Source: Takakia lepidozioides
Lineage: Eukaryota > Plantae > Bryophyta
Length of the DNA stretch: 64,000 nt
Assembly (NCBI GenBank): GCA_030704615.1
Contig: CM060731.1
Span: 33,170,001 to 33,234,000, forward strand
Reading direction: 5' to 3'
The notes below the pieces were generated by a model. The model searched no databases and was not told the DNA's origin. It saw only the letters and a list, made by a program, of their open reading frames with translations. Positions 51,447-63,980 of the stretch are shown piece after piece; the first letter of the stretch is position 1; the number at the start of each line of letters is the position of its first letter. The position numbers and the translations under genes were made by a program.

Positions 51447-52703
51447 AACCTTGCAAATGAACCCAACCCTGCTTTGTAAGCAAAAACCTTTTACCCGGCA
51501 TAGATTTCTGGTCACTTAGAAGAAGGACATGACAATGAATCATAAGTTATGTGGTCCGAGCAATTTGTAGATGCCATTCACCCCAAATAACACACTAGAA
51601 GACCAGCCAAATTAAGGTGTCGTTGACGACACCTTAATCTGGCACATTCGAGAAAAAATAAAATAAAAATAAAAATTGCAAATGAACCCAATCCCTGCTT
51701 TACAAGCAAAAGACCTAGCGTTTACCCAACATGGATTTTTGGTCACATGGAAGAATGAGATGACAACGAATCATAAGTTATGTGGTCCGAGCAATTTGTA
51801 GATGCCATTCACCCCAAATAACACACCAGAAGACTAGCCAGATTAAGGTAGATTAAGGTGTCGTTGACGACACCTTAATCTGGCACATTCGCGGAAAAAT
51901 AAAAATAAAATAAAAATAAAATTAAAATTAAAATTGGAAAACTTGCAAATGAACCCCACCCTTGCTTTGCAAGCAAAAGACCTGGCGTTTACCCAGCATG
52001 GGTTTTTGGTCACATGGAAAAAGGACATGACAACAAATCATAAGTTATGTGGTCCAAACAATTTGTAGATGCCATTCACCCCAAATAGCACACCAAAAGA
52101 CGTTACAGATGTCATGTTATGCGGAGGCTGCAGCTTGCAAATTTAGTCTCATCTCTGCTCCCCCTCCTGTGCTTTACAATAGAGAGGATTTTGTGCAGAG
52201 CAAGGCTAGTGTCTTCATAGACAGTTCTTCCTTCGTTTTGGACTCCGACTCCAGTAGTAGTGGATATTCTTTTCGGAATGAATCGGCTGTTTTCAAACGA
52301 TTTATATTAAAGCACCAAATGGCCTCTCCACCTTCTTTGCAATTGGGTGTCAGCATCTTTCTCGACTTAGGATACCTGGTGAAAGGACAACCACAACCCT
52401 CTGTAGTTGGCAGAGGTTCACTCTGGAGCTTGGGGGATTTGGCAACCACTACTCCAAAATGCTTTTTAATTTTGCAGTCAACCACAAACTACATTCATCC
52501 ATGTGCCATTCGTCCAACATACATTCATCGCCCATTCATCCGTCATTTATCCATAACGATGATTTGGTATGCATGTTATACTGGACACTACCCGCAATAA
52601 TGGGTCCTCTAAGCCGAATAGGTGTCCGCGGTTATAGGTGAGCACATCTAGAAGCGTGAGCAGAATTCTGCTCACGGATTCTGCTCACTGTTTAGCAATC
52701 CCC
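50275..52703. mobile_element. Non-autonomous MULE-like element inserted in the Ulp1 exon
   Basis: 9-bp TSD CTTAGAGAA (50266-50274) / CTTAGAGGA (52704-52712) and imperfect TIRs with the core TGAGCAGAA(C/T)CCGTGAGCAGA. Removal restores the Ulp1 reading frame. Confidence 0.8.
50660..52100. repeat. About six tandem units of roughly 260 bp, each with a 38-bp palindrome and a variable A/T microsatellite
   Basis: GCCAGATTAAGGTGTCGTTGACGACACCTTAATCTGGC variants at 50669, 50928, 51190 (half), 51341, 51606 and about 51850. Confidence 0.9.
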
Positions 52704-54021
52704 CTTAGAGGAATCTCCCTTGACACCCCGGAGCGGAAGGATGGTACTGATGCAAAGCGGTGGACATGCCCAACTGTTCCACAGCAGGCCAACTTATTCG
52801 GTTTGTTTGCGTGTCATTACATTGACTTGTATTTAGAACAAACGTTTCTAAACCCGCAACCTCATGGTGCAGGCCCGGTAAGAGGGACGTTATCCTGGTT
52901 TACATGGTTGTTTGCCGACTGGTTTACTTCGGTAGCATGAACAATGACGGAAGGCACTATGTATAGAAACATGTGTCACCTTCAATGTGCTTCTTTACGG
53001 CAATCAGTTCTCCCTTACATAACAAGTGTGGTTTACTTGTGGCCAATGATATCCACACATGCACATGACATTCCTTGTTCATTCTTTGCTTGTGCATTCT
53101 TTGTTCATCTTTGCTTGTAGCTCACAACAAACTGGTTCCCTGTTGAGGCCGGGCTCCAGAAAAGATATGACCTACAACGAATCATTTTGGATGAGCTTCA
53201 GGGTCAACCAACGCAACGCACCAGCTTCCATATGCACTTCCCCCCAGTCCAAACAAGTCAACAGCTAGTTGCAGCAGCCCCGTCCACCCTCTCACCGACA
53301 TTCCAGCTCCGATCACACGCACACGTTGTAAACGTCCCAGGAAGGCCGCAAAACTGCAGTGACTCTCATTACAATTGCGTACACAATTTAATTTTACTTC
53401 ATTGTGTGGCTTTCAGGCCTTCTTTCCTGCCATCTAGGTAGGTGTACAAATTCTTGGCAAATGAATCTTCTCTGCACAAGTGTTCCCTACTTTTGCTCCT
53501 TTGCTTCCAACAACGGTATTGTAGCGATAAGTACTTGTAATTACTGCTAATTTTCTTCTTTTGTGATCTCGATCGCCTACCGTCTCATGCATGGAGGATG
53601 TCGGGCCTTGCTGTTCACAATGATTAGCATGTCATTTTCTTCCAATGATCATTGTTTCTTCATTCCATGTCCTGGGGTTGCATCGGACGGTCCACGTCCA
53701 TCCAGTGGCAGAGATGGGATGTGGACACGTCGTTTTTTTTCAAAATAAAAACTAGGGTATAAAGTAACCACAACCTTAGTGTCCATAACAACTGCTCATT
53801 GCTGACATGGCAGTCAGTGAGGGGCTATTGTAATCTAGGGACGTCGTTTATGTAGTTTGGCCGATGACAACGCATGGGAGGCTACGTTGGGCCACGAACG
53901 AGGGGGAGCGCAATGCAAGTGTTACTTGAGCAAATGAGGAGCTTAGAATGTGAGCCAAACAATGAAGAAGGAGGGGAGCACTGCATGTAGAGTAGCGGAG
54001 CGTGGAGACTGCTTTGACTTA

Positions 54022-54237
54022 CCCAGGACTGCCCTTCTGTTGCCATTGTAACAACCAGGCTTTGTTCTCGGCTATTCTTTGGGCACGGAAGGCTTCGTAT
54101 GTGAGCATCCCATCCTCTTCTCCTGGGGTAAGTGACTCCTCTTCTCCCCCACCATTAGATTCAGCAACGGTTCTTGCTAAATCGCCTCCAGTGTAATCGT
54201 CATTCTTGTGTTTTGGGCTGCGTTCACTATCTGCCAT
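54022..54237 (-). CDS. First exon of a small transposon-associated gene
   Basis: MADSERS..LTYEAFRAQRIAENKAWL followed by a GTAAGT donor. The YExxRxxRIxEN helix is common in plant transposon and chromatin proteins. Downstream exons not resolved. Confidence 0.4.
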
Positions 54238-55188
54238 AGAAGGACTCTCGGCTTTTTGCAAAAATAGGAAGAGAGAGTATAGTACTATACCCTACAATGT
54301 CAACATTCAATGCTGATTGATGGATTAGGCTGTAGATACAAGCACATGACAACAAATGGGCTGACGCTTGATGCCAAGAAGAGATGCAACGAATGGGCTA
54401 GGCTGCTGCTCACCACCTTAAAGATATCCAATCTTAAAGCAATATACCTTGTAGCTAGAAGTAGGGTCTGCTAGCTCATTGAATGAGTGGTTAAATCCGC
54501 TCCAAATATTACTACGAAGGTGGTTTGTAGATGATAACAGTCATGTTTTTCCATTTTCTGCACTATCAATCGTCTTACTGCAACAACATTTGCTTGCGAC
54601 CGCTCGTGATGCCACTTTTTTTGGCATCACCTTGAGCAAGGGTTCACCTTGAACCCTTTTTGATTAGGAAGATAACCTTGAACCAACCGTGCGCCCCAAT
54701 CACTACAATTGGGTCCACCTTGGAATGCTGGCCTGAGGTACGGGAACACGCCGAAGCCGCACTACAACTTCGTCCCGAGGCTACACGATTATAGTACGTG
54801 AACGGAAGCACGTAGCTTTTGTGTTAGCCCGCACTACAAGGCAACCCCCTCGGTAGCACAGTTATAGTATGCGCATGCGCTAGGTGCGCACTAGCACGTG
54901 AACTCCCAAAGAAGGCGCACCCTTACACTTCCTGCAAGGGCAGGTGCACTTGTTGATACCATATTCTCGACACCGGGCCTCTTCACATTGCCAAAGAGCA
55001 CCGTCACGCTCTCGACATCGAAGCAGGTGGGCAGCCGCTCTGTCTCACATTTTTTCTCTACTTACACACACAGTCTCTCGCGTTTTTTGCATAAGGAGCT
55101 TTTATACACTACTGACTCCCTCTCTTGTTACTGTTCTCCGAGTTCCTACTGTAGAGAGAAAGAGTGCGCCTTGCGAAAAGCCCGTTAT

Positions 55189-58100
55189 GTATGGAATGGC
55201 CCATTGCGAAGAAGTAGTCGCTTGAGTGCAAATACTCATGTTCACATGGGTGTGGGGGAGAAGGAGTCGAGCGATTTGGAGAAGAATTTGGAGGAGGATA
55301 GTGCTGCGACTTGTAGTGCAGACTACTCCCCAGAGAGCGAGAGCGCGGAGGAGGAGGACGTGGATAGTACTGACAAGCTTGAGCAAGCTCGTCCACAAAT
55401 GACTCCTGCCAAGCAGCCTACTAGGACTGCCACCCCCACTAAGGAGGCTAACAAGATGGCGGTGGGATCCCTAAGACCTCTCGCTTCTCTCTCTCTCTCT
55501 CTCTCTCTTCCAAGGTAAGTCACATTACCTTTCGTACGAGTCTTACAAACCTAGTTTTTGACCATGTTTAATTCTGTAAGTACGCTGGTTGGGTGGTGGT
55601 GAGGGCACCTTCTTCTTCAACCTATTGTAGCCTGTTTTTCCCTCTCATCAGACTCAGATATCAATGCATGTTAAACCCTAAAGTTAGCTGGTTGGGTGGT
55701 GGTGAGGGCACCTTCTTCTTTAACTTATTGCAGCCTGTTTTGCCCTCTCATCAGACTCAGCCGTGAATGCATGTTAAACCCTAAAGTTAGCTGGTTGGGT
55801 CCTCATGAGGGCACCTTCTTCTTTGACCTATTGCAACCTGTTTTGCCATGTCATCAAACTTGTCCCTGAATGCATGTTGAATTCTATTAGTTAGCTGGTT
55901 GGGTGGTGGTGAGGGCACCTTCTTCTTCAACCTATTGCAGCTGCACTATTGCCTGTTTTGCCCTCTCATAAGACTCACCCTTGAGTGCATGCTGAATTCT
56001 GCAAGTTAGCAGGTTGGGTGGTGGTGGGGGCAGCTTCTTCTTTGACCTAATGCAGCCTATTTTGCCCTCACATCAGACTCCGCCCTGAATGCATGTTGCC
56101 ATTCTAAAGTTAGCTGGTTCCGTGGTGGTGAGGGCACCTTTTTCTTTGACCTACTGTTGCATGGTTTGCCCTCTCATCAGACTCAGCCCTGAATGCATGT
56201 TGAATTCTGTAAATTAGCTGGTTGGGTGGTGGTGAGGGCACCTTCTTCTTTGACGTATTTTTGCATGTTTTTCCCTCTCATCAGACTCACCCTTGAGTGC
56301 ATGTTGAATTTTGCAAGTTAGCAGGTTGGGCGGTGGTGGGGGCAACTTCTTCTTTGACATATTGCAGCCTATTTTGCCCTCTCATCAGACTCAGCCGTGA
56401 ATGCATGTTAAACCCTAAAGTTAGTTGGTTGGGTGGTGGTGAGGGCATCTTCCTCTTTGACGTATGTGTGTTATGTTTTGTCCTATCATCAAACTTGGCC
56501 CTGTCAAATGCATGTTGAATTCTACAAGTTAGCTGGCTGGGTGGTGGTGAGGGCACCTTCTTCGTTGACCTATTGAAGCCTGTCTTGCCTTGTCATCAGA
56601 CTCGGCCCTGAATGCATGTTGAATTCTGTAAGTTAGCTGGTTGGGTGGTGGTACCTTCTTCCTTGTCGTATTGCAGCATGTTTTGCCATGTCATCAGACT
56701 CGGCCTGAATGTATGTTGAATTCTATAAGATAGCTGGCTGGGTGGTGGTGAGGGCACCTTCTTCTTCTACCTATTGCCGCCTGTTTTGCCCTGTCATGAG
56801 ACTCGGCCCTGAATGCATGTTGAATTCTGCAAGTTAGCAAGTTGGGTGGTTGTGAGGACACCTTCTTCTTTGACGTATTGCAGCCTATTTTGCCCTCTCA
56901 TCAGACTCGGCCCTGTCAACTGCATGTTGAATTTCTGGAAGTTAGCAGGTTGGGTGGTGGTGATGGCACCTTCTTCTTCAACTTATTAAATAGTGAAAGG
57001 GGTTTTTTTAAGCAGCGAGACTTTCTTGTCAGATCTATCAACATGAAATTGTACCTGTAAGAATGAGTGTACTCCCAAGATGTTGTTTGCAGTTGTTTGC
57101 CGTGCCCATTGATCCCGCGCCCACATTGTTTGGTCAACAAAGGTACAGGAAGAATTCCCTTGGTAGATTTGACGAGAGGGTCTCTCTGCTTAGAAAACCC
57201 CGGACAGTTTAGATTTTCAGAGAGAGGGAGGGAATCAGCTGCAATACAACTTGGTTTTGTCATGGTTTTTCAACTACAATAGTGGGTACAGATAGGCTTA
57301 CCCCCACTGAGTTTAAATTCAATCTACTTTGCCCTCTCATCAGACTCGGCCCTGAATGCATGAGGGAGGGTATTTTGGAATGGGCAGTGTACATTTTGTA
57401 ATATGGAAATGGATGTGGGACATTGCAAGGTTGCCAGAGAACGACGTTCCATGCATTCACAACATCGGATGCCAAACATTTTAAAGCACATTGTGCCAAG
57501 GTCTATATGCGTTCATTGCTTGCATGCAGGTTCAACTTTTGCCATGCCACTTCATTTTTTCCCTAAGTTCCAACTCTGTGGGGTGGAGGGGCTTGTGTTA
57601 GGCTACATCAAAGCGTGCAAAGGAAGGGGGACCTCAGGCTGTGGCTCCTGCTGCAGGTCCACCTTCGACATGGGTGCAACAGGCCCCGAATGGGCCATGG
57701 CTACAGTCCACAGGCGGGCAAACGTCGCTGAGCAAGGACCGCCTACCTGGCAGCAGCCCATGGCCCCACTACCCATAACCAATTCATGGTCATGGATACC
57801 AGGTGGGTCCAATTCCGGAGGTAATGGAGCATGGGTACAAGGAGCTGCCCAAACTTGGGCACCTCCTTGTCCCACTGCTAGTGGGCAGTGGGCAGGCCCC
57901 CCTTTTAATGGTGGTCCTCCTCCATTCACACCCCCTCATGGTGATGATCACGATTCCACACAGCAAGGGGATGTGCATTCTGAGGCTGCAGACAGAAAAT
58001 GTGCAAAGAGGCAGGCTTCAAAGGCACAAGACACTAATCCCAAATCCCGAAAGGCCGCTGGGCTGAAGGCGCACAAGGTACAACTAAACTCTAAGGGGGC

Positions 58101-60548
58101 AGTAGACCAAGGGTGTGAGGGGAAGGATTACTGGCAGAGCTCCTTGCGGGGACTGTGCATCAGATATCTTGATCCTAGCATTTTGCTAGCAGACAAGCAA
58201 GAACCCAGTGACATGGCCAAGGTTAAGGAAGCCATGGACGAGGATTTTGAGTACAATCCTCAACCTATGAGCGTATCCAAGTTCCATGCAGCATGTGGGA
58301 GGATTGTAAAAGTGTACCGCCAGAAACTGAAGTTGGGGTGGAAGGCTGGAAGTTCATGCCCTCCGAGTGTAGAGTCCACCCATTGGGAGGCATTGGTGAA
58401 GTATTGGGAGTCCCCCAAGGGGCAGAAAGAGAGTGAGAACATGAAGAGAGCACGAGCCAATGTTACCAACCCATCGAGGGTTGGAAGAGCAGGGATGACT
58501 AGACAGGCAATGCGCTTGGTAATATGAATACCTGCACCACATGTATTAGTATATGTATATGTGTATGCATATTTACATGGTCTATGTGCATGGAGTAGGA
58601 CAGTAGAGGCGCCCTGTGGGTTTGTTGCGAAGTGGTGGTACAGTCTTGACTCTGTAAACTTGGAAATGATTTCATGAGTAGGGGCTTACTTGTTTTTGTT
58701 GTGGCACTGGCAGAAGAAAGACCGAGCAAGCAGTCCAAGCTTGACTGAGTTGGCACACGCCGCAAAGGTGGACAAAGGATATGGCTCCCAGTCACGTCAT
58801 GACGTAGAGGTAAATGTCGTGTGGCCCTTACTTTTTCACTACCTAGATTTCTTGCATCAGCAGACAGACCATACAAACTCATTATCTCCATGTTGTTTGG
58901 GTCTGTAGGGAGGAGGGAGTGCGATGCAGGCTCGACTGTCCCATCTTGGCGGTAGTGTGGTTGCCTTGTCAGAAACCCAGATCCCCACGATTGAGGGCGC
59001 ATTGGCCACTATAAAAGCTGAAGTGGCTAAGGCTTCCAAGGATAATGCCCAAAAACTGGATGCATTGATGGCAATGATGCTGGGAATATCGACGCCCGCC
59101 CCTCCTCCAATTGCTATACCAACATGTCCTTTAATTGCACCAGTGGATGATGACGCATGCTTGGAAATCAACACTTTTGTGCAAGAGGTGGGTTACATTA
59201 TTCTTCACCCCACGATTTTTTTTTTTTGCGTCCCTAAAGTGTTTCTTGAGTTTGAGATGAGCTGCTGTGGTATGTTTTGCTCAGGTGCAGGAAGAGAGCT
59301 CCACAAGTTGGGGAAAAGCCACATTTAGTGGTTGAGGACCCTGTAATCACTACTGTACGGGTGGGGTGCAAGGGGGCTCCTGACACGCAAGAAGAGAGGT
59401 GCAGGTGGGACAACACTGGCTGCTGGTGATGACGTCTGCTCCATTGACAATGCTGGTAAGGGTGACAGTAGGGTGTTGGCAAACAAGAATGTACCTATTC
59501 CTCACCAGGCAACTTCCCCACAGAAAGAGGTACCTCCTCCCAGACTTTATCTTGTTTCATTTTATTGGGCAGACTGTCCGTCATCTGTTACTCTCATGTA
59601 TGTTTTATTTAATGGTGTGCGTGACACCAATACAGCCATGAATGCATTATGAACATGTTGGTAAGTACTCATGTATTGTACCATGTTGTTTCTGGCATGT
59701 AAATAGGGGAGAAAAGCTGAGGAGCCTGCCCCAGCCGTCGTGAAGGGAGCTGAAAAAAAACAAACACGAAAAGCTGAACGTGTGACCAGAGCCACTGCTG
59801 CCAAAGACAGTTTCAAAATGGCTGATGCAATTGGCGACATAACACCAGCATCTAGCGGGAGTAAGGATCAGGTGGGCCTTTGAGGAGGCACCTGGTCCTG
59901 CTGTAATCCCCGTACTAGAGGTGAGCACCCATAAGCCTTCCCTGTTGGCTACGTTTGTTGTAGAATGTGGTCATTTAGCCATGTTGGGTACATGGCTGTG
60001 ACATTTACAGGGCTTTAGAGTTCTAAGGGGTGTTGGGGGGTGATGTTTGCAGGCTAAGAAAGCTGTTCTTCATACTTCCACATGCACTGCACCAATTGCG
60101 CCTACATAAAAGCCAACTCACAATTCAACCCCCTGCCACTCTCACAGATCCACTTATGCTACCAAAAGTACTGTACTCTTTCAATTTTTAATTGTAGTTG
60201 ACGTTCCTCATTCTCTAGCTTTCAATACCATCAGTATGGGTTGATTCATATGCATTTTGTGGTGGGTGTTGGGTGCAGTTTAAGATGAAGGACAAAGTCC
60301 ACCTGTATGATCTTTTATCATCACGACATAGGGTCTGCACTGGAGTTGTCACTGGTGTGCCTAACAAAGACACATATCACTGTCGAGTTATTCCTGAAGG
60401 CATGTACCATGTTGAGGTCCAGTATGTCCATGTTTCACATTGTGTGTTGCCTCATCCTAATGAGGAAGATGACCCACCGCAAACCGAGTTAGACCACGTC
60501 CTTAGTAGGAACACCCTTTGGCCAGAGAAGAACCTGAGGAGGGGTTAG
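55189..60548 (+). CDS. CACTA/En-Spm TnpA-like gene (Transposase_24-like and Transposase_23-like domains), multi-exon
   Basis: An exon ending at 55514 splices in frame to 57657-58518 (YRQKLK..CPPSVESTHWEALVKYWESPKGQKESENMKRAR..SRVGRAG). The last exon 60279-60548 encodes IPEGMYHVEVQYV..LPHPNEEDDPPQTELDHVLSRNTLWP. The start codon and middle exons are uncertain. Confidence 0.75.
55577..56985 (+). repeat. About 14 copies of an approximately 104-bp tandem repeat in an intron of the TnpA-like gene
   Basis: Unit GTTAGCTGGTTGGGTGGTGGTGAGGGCACCTTCTTCTTTGACCTATTGCAGCCTGTTTTGCCCTCTCATCAGACTC..GAATGCATGTTGAATTCT. A partial unit resumes at about 57329-57362. Confidence 0.95.
57068..57327 (-). mobile_element. 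Internally deleted 3' fragment of LINE family A
   Basis: CPGFSKQRDPLVKSTKGILPVPL matches CPGFSHQRDALFKSIKGIVPVPL of the 1.7-kb copy. It ends ..GCAAACAACATCTTGGGAGTACA. Confidence 0.75.
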
Positions 60549-60879
60549 AAGTATGGTTCGACCAGGCATAAACATTGCTGGCAGTGAAGAAAAGGCAGGA
60601 AAGTATTCATGGATTTTAGCATGCTTGCGGAGACGTAGTGTAGATGTAGTATGTCACCCTTGTTCATGGCTAGATTCTGTTGACTCTGTTCCTGCACTTT
60701 CTCTCTTGGATTCTATTGTGTTTTTTGAATGGTGAATCTTCAAGAGTATTTGGGTATGCATATTCGCTTGGAATGTATGGGAAATGTATGAGAATGTATG
60801 AATCACTTGCACACCACTCTGTTAGTGGTATATGTGAGACTGTCACAGTAGGCAAGAGTGGTTGTACGCCTCCAGATGC

Positions 60880-61680
60880 AGCCCTAACCACTAACATACC
60901 ACTCTGGCAGTAATAATTCCAATATATGGTCCCTTACGGACACATTGAGTGGTTTCAGCACACAACCTAACCACTACATCAATACTGGTACAACCACTCA
61001 GTCCGTGGTTTTAGCACATCAAGTAACCACTACTGCAATAATGCTACAACCAGTAGGTGGGCTTAGCACACAACCTAACCACTACCTCAATACTATTAGA
61101 ACCACTCAGACAATGGTTTTACCACACATCCTAACCACTATAGCAACACTGGTAGAACCACTCAATAAGTGATAATATACATTGTTTATTCTCGTTTCAT
61201 GACTATTCTTGTTATTCAATGCTCACTCATAGAGTTGTTTGTGTAGTCTTTGCATTTTCCAGCGCATCCCTAAAATAGGGCACGTGCTAATTTGCAATAT
61301 GGCCACGTGTTCATATCGTGGTCAACATAACCGTGCAACCGGATGCGTCCACGTGTCCATATGGATACGGACACATGTCCGTCCATTGCTAAGTATGATC
61401 GACGGAGTTGATGCATCCACGTCACATACGGTGGAAGTGGTTGGAATCACTATGTTCTAAAGTGATTTGTTTGCCACTGTGACACGTCAGATGTGACCTG
61501 GCTTACCACTGTGACACGTCACAAGTGGTTATTTTACCACTGTGACATGTAAGGGAATAGCTGGACTTGGAGGCAAGTGATAGTAAGCACTGTCTTTAAC
61601 CACTTTGGACACGTCATGTCTTTAACCACTGCTGAGTCAAGATCCACTGGTTCTATACCACTAGACATGCCAGAGTGGTT
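60880..61680. repeat. ACCACT/AGTGGT-rich short repeats, probably CACTA subterminal repeats
   Basis: Repeated AACCACTAC and ACCACTGTGACACGTC motifs in both orientations downstream of TnpA. The terminal TAGTG was not found. Confidence 0.5.
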
Positions 61681-61699
61681 GGGTGTCTTTTCCCACCAT

Positions 61700-63315
61700 A
61701 GCAGGAGGAACATAGGGTGAGGATGTTGCAGACATGCCAAGCTCTGAGCCCACTGGAGCTTGAAACTTAGCATGATGTTGCATTGATTTGCTGTCAGCCA
61801 AGTCTGCCATTTTAAGATTAATTTATGCTAACATAGTCTTGTCATTGACAAAATGACGTCGCTGAGCCCAATTCTGAATAGTGGAAGGCAACCCAAGGAG
61901 AAAATACCTTTTAACCTTACGATCCCTCTCTGTCGGGTCTATGATATTTTCAACAGCAGCAAATTTAAGATCCATGTAATACTTCCACAAGGATTCCCCA
62001 GGTTGGTAAGTCCTGGCCGAAAGCTTGGTAAAGCAATCTAGAGGCCTCTCAGGAGGTTTGAACAAGGTCTTTGCCCGTTCCACAAAGAGTTGCCCAGTTG
62101 AGGCTGGGATCATCCATGACGGCTGCATGCAGGAAGTCACGAGCTGGTCCCTTCATGCTCATCCTAAAGATCACCATCTTGAAATTCTTAGGCACTCCAT
62201 TGATACTAGCAATGACCTCAAACATCTGAAGATGTCTATCAAAGTCTTCTCCCATGGTATATTCTGGATAAGGTTGAGTGGTCAGCTGGGAGATCAGATG
62301 ACAAGGCAGGCTATGGTTGATGTGACCAGGGAGGACAGACCCATGAGGAGGGCAACAGGGAACTATGGGAGCAGTACTACCATGCACATATCCAACATTA
62401 GATGCAAAATTATAACTCATACTATTATTGCTGGTTGATCCTGTAGCAGTTGAAGCTGACAGACGTGACGCCACCGTGCCCATGGGGAGAGCAGGTATTG
62501 CCACACTTGGCTGAGCAGCAGGGTTAGTAGACTGCAAGTGGGTTTGTGGCATTCCACTCATGGGAAGAGTGGATGCCACTCCCACCGGTTGTGTTGACAC
62601 AGATCTCTTATACTGCTAAGAGGGATATTGCTAGCATCCACGGACTGGCTAGAGACAAGATGTGGTGGCACCCCAGCCTGTGGAGCAGGGAGGGCCCCCA
62701 CTGAATGGCCAGCGATGGTAGGAGTCGGAGCAGTAGACACCTAGAGGGCCCTTGCATCATGACACCCCCACCTTGAACAACACCATGCACGTTCAACACA
62801 GGAAGATTGCCCACATGCATACCCAAATTTACAGGCAACAAGTTCCCTCCCCCGAGAGTGGGACTAGGGAAATTCACAACAGGCAGCACACTAGGACTCA
62901 AGTTAGCAACCTGGGTCGGCATACTGCTCGTAGTAGCCCATACATCCGAACCAGACCCTTTGATCCCTTGGACATGAATAGGATGGGAGGGCAGACCGTT
63001 TGATTCCCGAGCCAGCATAGGCTCGGTTCGTCTAGCCACCAAGGCCTCATCACGCCGATCATAAACAGAAAGGCCCTCGAGGGTGGCTATCCCAGACCCC
63101 TCATCAACCAATGTAATACTAGTTGGGGACTCTACAACTGCTCCCATCGTCCCAACATTCAAAAATTCATCATCATTCACCATGAAATTACCTGCCTGCA
63201 GGTTGTCCGATCCCTCATTCACTTCCACTACATTTTCGGCGAGCGGCTCTCCTGAATTATTCATGGACCTCTGTCTTCCGGATCTCAACCAAGTAGTTCT
63301 AGAATCATCTAGCAT
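61700..63315 (-). pseudogene. Ty3/Gypsy-like gag, frameshifted and 3'-truncated
   Basis: EDFDRHLQMFE..MSMKGPARDFL..W and YQPGESLWKYYMDL..YFLLGLPSTIQ (retrotransposon capsid with major homology region), preceded by low-complexity N-terminal ORFs. Confidence 0.8.
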
Positions 63316-63966
63316 ACAAGAAACGAGGTTGGATTGGAGGCATAACCTTTAAGCAGCAGGGATATGGAGCGTGGGCCGAGCACTTAGCGAGCTGTCTTCT
63401 GGAACCCAAGTGGAACAATACACCAACCTCAGCACCTTGTGTGACTGTAACTCGTAGATCCCCAACGCCAACCACTCCCAACCGTCAGCTCCTTTAAGCC
63501 AAAAACCAACGCGGGTGGTGTCACCCTCTCTCCAGGTGCGCGAAACCACAGTCGAGTTTGAACAGTCACTCAATCTCTCAAACGCACTCGGACGAACCAC
63601 TCGCTGTGAAGCAAAGGTAGTACCCACACCCAAGACCACTAGATAAGTTGACTGCACTATCAAGGCCCCACCTTTCAGACCATCAATTAACTGTGAATAA
63701 GTAGGTGCCAAGGCGCAAGGCCGGAGCTGAAACCGTAGTGCCCTCAAGATCAAAGCCCCCGTGCCTTGTAACATTAATGACAACCAACTTCGCCCTACCA
63801 CACCAGGGCCATGATGAAGCTCCGCACTTCGAACACCAGAAAGAGGTAGATACAAGCCAACTTCCAACCAGGTCAATTCACGATGGTTCAGAAAACGCGA
63901 CTTGATCGTCCTGGATGGTAGACGCTCTTCGTTGCGTAGCTCAATTTCGTGCTTAGCAAGTTGTCT

Positions 63967-63980
63967 GGCTTTGGATACCA
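63967..63980 (-). other. tRNA-iMet-like primer binding site of the Gypsy element
   Basis: The minus strand reads TGGTATCCAAAGCC, close to the canonical TGGTATCAGAGC and upstream of gag. The adjacent LTR end (CA) is not evident. Confidence 0.45.

Larger units (their letters stand above)
47058..52880 (+). pseudogene. Transposon-associated gene ending in a Ulp1/peptidase C48 (SUMO protease) domain, decayed and interrupted
   Basis: WISDRLMDFW..IHVLDSF..AVIVPIVV|NFHWSVVIL..HLNS (exons 49706-50052 and from 50157), then PQQANLFGLFACHYI after the insertion. Upstream ORF pieces at 47058-49435 are on the same strand with no recognised domain; linking them to the protease is an inference. Confidence 0.7.

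Noticed and set aside
54700-54842. CACTACAA motifs as CACTA termini
   Set aside because: Three same-strand copies with no matching inverted end or TSD.
42580-61680. One continuous CACTA element (Tnp2 + Ulp1 + TnpA)
   Set aside because: Tnp2 lies inside the TSD-bounded MULE and is separated from the Ulp1/TnpA region by the MULE TIR, AT-rich flank and an LTR remnant. They may be the same family but are not demonstrably the same copy.
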